A stretch of 64,000 nt of DNA from Thermofilaceae archaeon. GTDB taxonomy: Archaea; Thermoproteota; Thermoprotei; Thermofilales; Thermofilaceae. Position 1 is the stretch's first letter. Each line of letters opens with the position of its first letter. The notes beneath the pieces were generated by a model. The model was not told the origin of the DNA, ran no database searches, and saw only the letters and a program-made list of their open reading frames with translations. Below, piece after piece: positions 61,700 through 64,000 of the stretch. A program made the position numbers and the translations under genes. The DNA is taken from assembly GCA_038861545.1 (NCBI GenBank), contig JAWCCZ010000001.1, forward strand, positions 96,001 to 160,000, read 5' to 3'.

Positions 61700-61855
61700 T
61701 TATTAAAAATTAGGAAACCTGGCATGTTTGTGTCCATGGGTGTGGAGAAATATGCTATGAAAAGAAGACTTAGAAAGCCATTCTAGAGAGCTAACCAGAC
61801 ATGGCATTAATATGCAGCTGGAACGAGTAATATGAATGCTACTACTATTTGGAAA
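61700..61855 (+). pseudogene. Glycoside hydrolase GH99/GH71-like C-terminal relic
   Basis: KIRKPGMFV, frameshift, then YEKKT*KAILES*PDMALICSWNE*YE, resembling the PDxVLIxSWNEWHE motif. Confidence 0.45.
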
Positions 61856-61920
61856 CTAATAGGCGAAAACGGTAAAAAGTAGGTAGCAAGACACTTTAGT
61901 GACTTCGAACAAATAACCCT

Positions 61921-62955
61921 ATGAAAGCCGTCGTACTGTATGGTCCAAGGGATTTAAGATTGGAGAGTAGACTTGAGCCTATACCCAGGTCAAGCGAGGC
62001 GTTAGTTAGGGTAAAGGTCTGTGGTATTTGTCGCTCTGACTACCATTATTGGAAGTACGGCCGTATCGGAGAGTTTGTAGTTAAAGAGCCTCTAATCCTG
62101 GGCCATGAGGCGTGCGGGGTAGTGGAGGAGGTTGGAGAAGGGGTTGAAAGCTTAAAGCCAGGTGATCCAGTAGTAATTGAACCTGGTGTTCCTTGCGGGG
62201 AATGCTGGTACTGCAGGATAGGTAGGTATAACTTATGTTCCAACGTAGTTTTCATGGGTACACCGCCGGTTAATGGTGCGTTTGTCGAATACGTTGCCTG
62301 GAGAAATGATTTCCTTTACAAGATGCCTTCAGGAATGAGCTTTGAAGAGGGCGCGATGATTGAACCACTCGCTGTCGCATTACAGGCTGTTAACCGGGCT
62401 GGCTTGAAGTCAGGCTTCAGCGTAGCAATCTTTGGAATGGGAACTATCGGAATGGTAACGTTGGAAGCTGTGAAAGCGGCTGGAGCTGGCAAAATTATTG
62501 TAGTTGATGTAGACGAGTGGAAACTTGATTTAGCGTTAAGGAACGGCGCTGATGTAGCTGTTAACGCGCGAAAGGAGAATCCCGTAGAAACTGTGCGGAA
62601 GGCAGCTGGAGGGGAGGGTGTTGATTATGTTTTCGAGGCTTCGGGAGTAGAAAGGGCGTCTTATCAAGCAGTGAAAAGCGCGCGGAGAGGGGGTGTGGTA
62701 ACCCTCATAGGCCTTTACACGAATGATGAGTTCGAGTACCCGGTGCTTGAAACGATAATCAAGGAGGTTGATATTAGGGGTGTTCACCGCTACGCAAACA
62801 TGTTTCAACCTGCTATCCAGCTTGTGAGTAAGGGTATAGTAAAAGTCAAGCATCTAGTGACTCACAAGCTATCCCTCGAGCGGATAGAAGAAGGGTTCAG
62901 GATTATGGATGAAGGGAGAGAGAAATACGTGAAAATCCAAGTAGATGTTAGTTAA
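61921..62955 (+). CDS. Zn-dependent polyol (sorbitol/xylitol-type) dehydrogenase
   Basis: CGICRSD, ILGHE, C..C..C.......C, IEPLAV, G.GTIG, HRYAN. Confidence 0.9.
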   Translation: MKAVVLYGPRDLRLESRLEPIPRSSEALVRVKVCGICRSDYHYWKYGRIGEFVVKEPLILGHEACGVVEEVGEGVESLKPGDPVVIEPGVPCGECWYCRIGRYNLCSNVVFMGTPPVNGAFVEYVAWRNDFLYKMPSGMSFEEGAMIEPLAVALQAVNRAGLKSGFSVAIFGMGTIGMVTLEAVKAAGAGKIIVVDVDEWKLDLALRNGADVAVNARKENPVETVRKAAGGEGVDYVFEASGVERASYQAVKSARRGGVVTLIGLYTNDEFEYPVLETIIKEVDIRGVHRYANMFQPAIQLVSKGIVKVKHLVTHKLSLERIEEGFRIMDEGREKYVKIQVDVS

Positions 62956-63473
62956 TGATTCCTTAAACTTAACTTATTTCCCCATTTGTTTTCGAAAACA
63001 ATTTCCTCGATAGGTTTCCTAGGCCTAGGGGGTGGAGCTTCATCTGGAATGCCTACTGGTGTCAATGCTACAATTCTGTATTGTTCTGGAACTCCGAGTA
63101 CCTCTTTAACCTTAGCTTCATCGAAGGCTCCAATCCAACAGGTGCCATAACCAAGCTCCGTGGCCTCAAGTATTAAGTGCTCCATTGCAGTCATAGTATC
63201 TCTATCATGCCATCTGGGCGATATATTTGGATCGCTTATTGCTATAATTATAGCTCCTGCGTCAGCTATAAACATTTGTCTAGAGGCTGCTTCAGCTATT
63301 CGTTTTTTGATATCCAAGTCCTTTACAACTACGAAATACCAAGGTTGCCGGTTTCCAGCGGAGGGCGCTAAGTGGGCAGCTTCTAGCATCTTTAAAAGAT
63401 CTTCCTCTTTTACGGGTTCAGGCCTGTACTTCCTGATACTCCTCCGCTTTGCAATTATTTCTAAAACTTGCAT
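62952..63473 (-). CDS. Nitroreductase family protein
   Basis: RRSIRKY, APSAGNRQPW, LGYGTCWIG, RPRKP. Confidence 0.92.
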   Translation of the reverse strand: MQVLEIIAKRRSIRKYRPEPVKEEDLLKMLEAAHLAPSAGNRQPWYFVVVKDLDIKKRIAEAASRQMFIADAGAIIIAISDPNISPRWHDRDTMTAMEHLILEATELGYGTCWIGAFDEAKVKEVLGVPEQYRIVALTPVGIPDEAPPPRPRKPIEEIVFENKWGNKLSLRNH

Positions 63474-63551
63474 GAAGTTTTTTAAGTTTAGCCTTAATAA
63501 ATCTACTCTATACTAGATAGTGTTTTATACGAGGTGCAAAGCGCGTTTTTG

Positions 63552-64000
63552 ATGAAAGCCGCAATTATCGGATGCGGAGGGATGGGAGAAGCCCACCTGC
63601 GGGATTTAATCAAGTTCCGGGAAAAGAACCCCGATCTGGAAATAAAGTACCTAGTAGATGTGAATAGAGAGCGGACCGCGCAGTTAAAGGCGAAATACTG
63701 TTTAAACGAAGCCATACTTTTAACTGATTATAGAAAGGTCCTTGGTAAAGTGGACGCAGCTATCGTGGCGACGCCGCATGCTGAGCACTACCAACAGGTA
63801 ATGGAGCTTATCGCGAGCGGGGTGAATGTTCTGGTTGAGAAGCCCATGGTCTGCAGTTTAAGGCAAGCAATTGACATCTACGAAGCTTGGAAAAAGAGTG
63901 GGTTAGTTGTAGAAGTAGGTTACCAACGGCATTTCGAGCCGCCTTTTATGGCCGCAAAGGATGTTGTCTCTAAAGGCGGGCTGGGTAAACTTCAGATGAT
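63552..64000 (+). CDS. Gfo/Idh/MocA oxidoreductase (3'-truncated by window edge)
   Basis: Hand translation from ATG 63552: MKAAIIGCGGMG.AH...VATPHAEH...VLVEKPM...VGYQRHF. Confidence 0.88.
   Translation, partial: MKAAIIGCGGMGEAHLRDLIKFREKNPDLEIKYLVDVNRERTAQLKAKYCLNEAILLTDYRKVLGKVDAAIVATPHAEHYQQVMELIASGVNVLVEKPMVCSLRQAIDIYEAWKKSGLVVEVGYQRHFEPPFMAAKDVVSKGGLGKLQM

Noticed and set aside
1-64000. Numerous 60-140 aa antisense or overlapping ORFs (e.g. 9118-9492, 44202-44621, 63160-63516)
   Set aside because: Shadow frames of well-supported genes, with no motifs.
1-64000. CRISPR arrays, tRNA/rRNA genes, transposases, integrases
   Set aside because: No regularly spaced repeats, cloverleaf/T-loop signatures or transposase motifs were seen by eye; small C/D sRNAs could have been missed.

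Overview
Archaeal chromosomal window. It carries TFB, Rpo7, Spt4, rps15/rps24e/rps27ae and KEOPS genes, BRE/TATA promoters and many GTG or leaderless starts. Gene content suggests Thermoproteota, most like Thermofilales (inference). It holds about 50 intact genes: housekeeping (guaA, trpB2 with a divergent TrpY-like regulator, carB-carA, ATP-type PEPCK, surE, dph6, a transcription/translation cluster at 53-60 kb) plus many sugar-catabolic enzymes. There are also at least eight decayed genes, several not visible in the ORF track (uvdE, ybgA, PAP2, nitroreductase, pcp, flavin reductase, bactofilin-like, GH99-like). I saw no rRNA, tRNA, CRISPR array or intact transposase. The most notable candidate system is a translationally coupled three-gene operon at 35481-42156: a soluble CdvA-like coiled coil, a heavily N-glycosylated single-pass surface protein and an FtsX/MacB-type permease. 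All three products carry the same CdvA-like helical motif, and no ABC ATPase or ESCRT-III gene lies nearby. Other leads are a ChrB-N-like regulator with a perfect TGTAACG-AG-CGTTACA operator upstream of a prenyltransferase-repeat operon, and a promoter-equipped GC-rich structured RNA candidate at about 20150-20320. All family calls come from motif recognition, not database searches.
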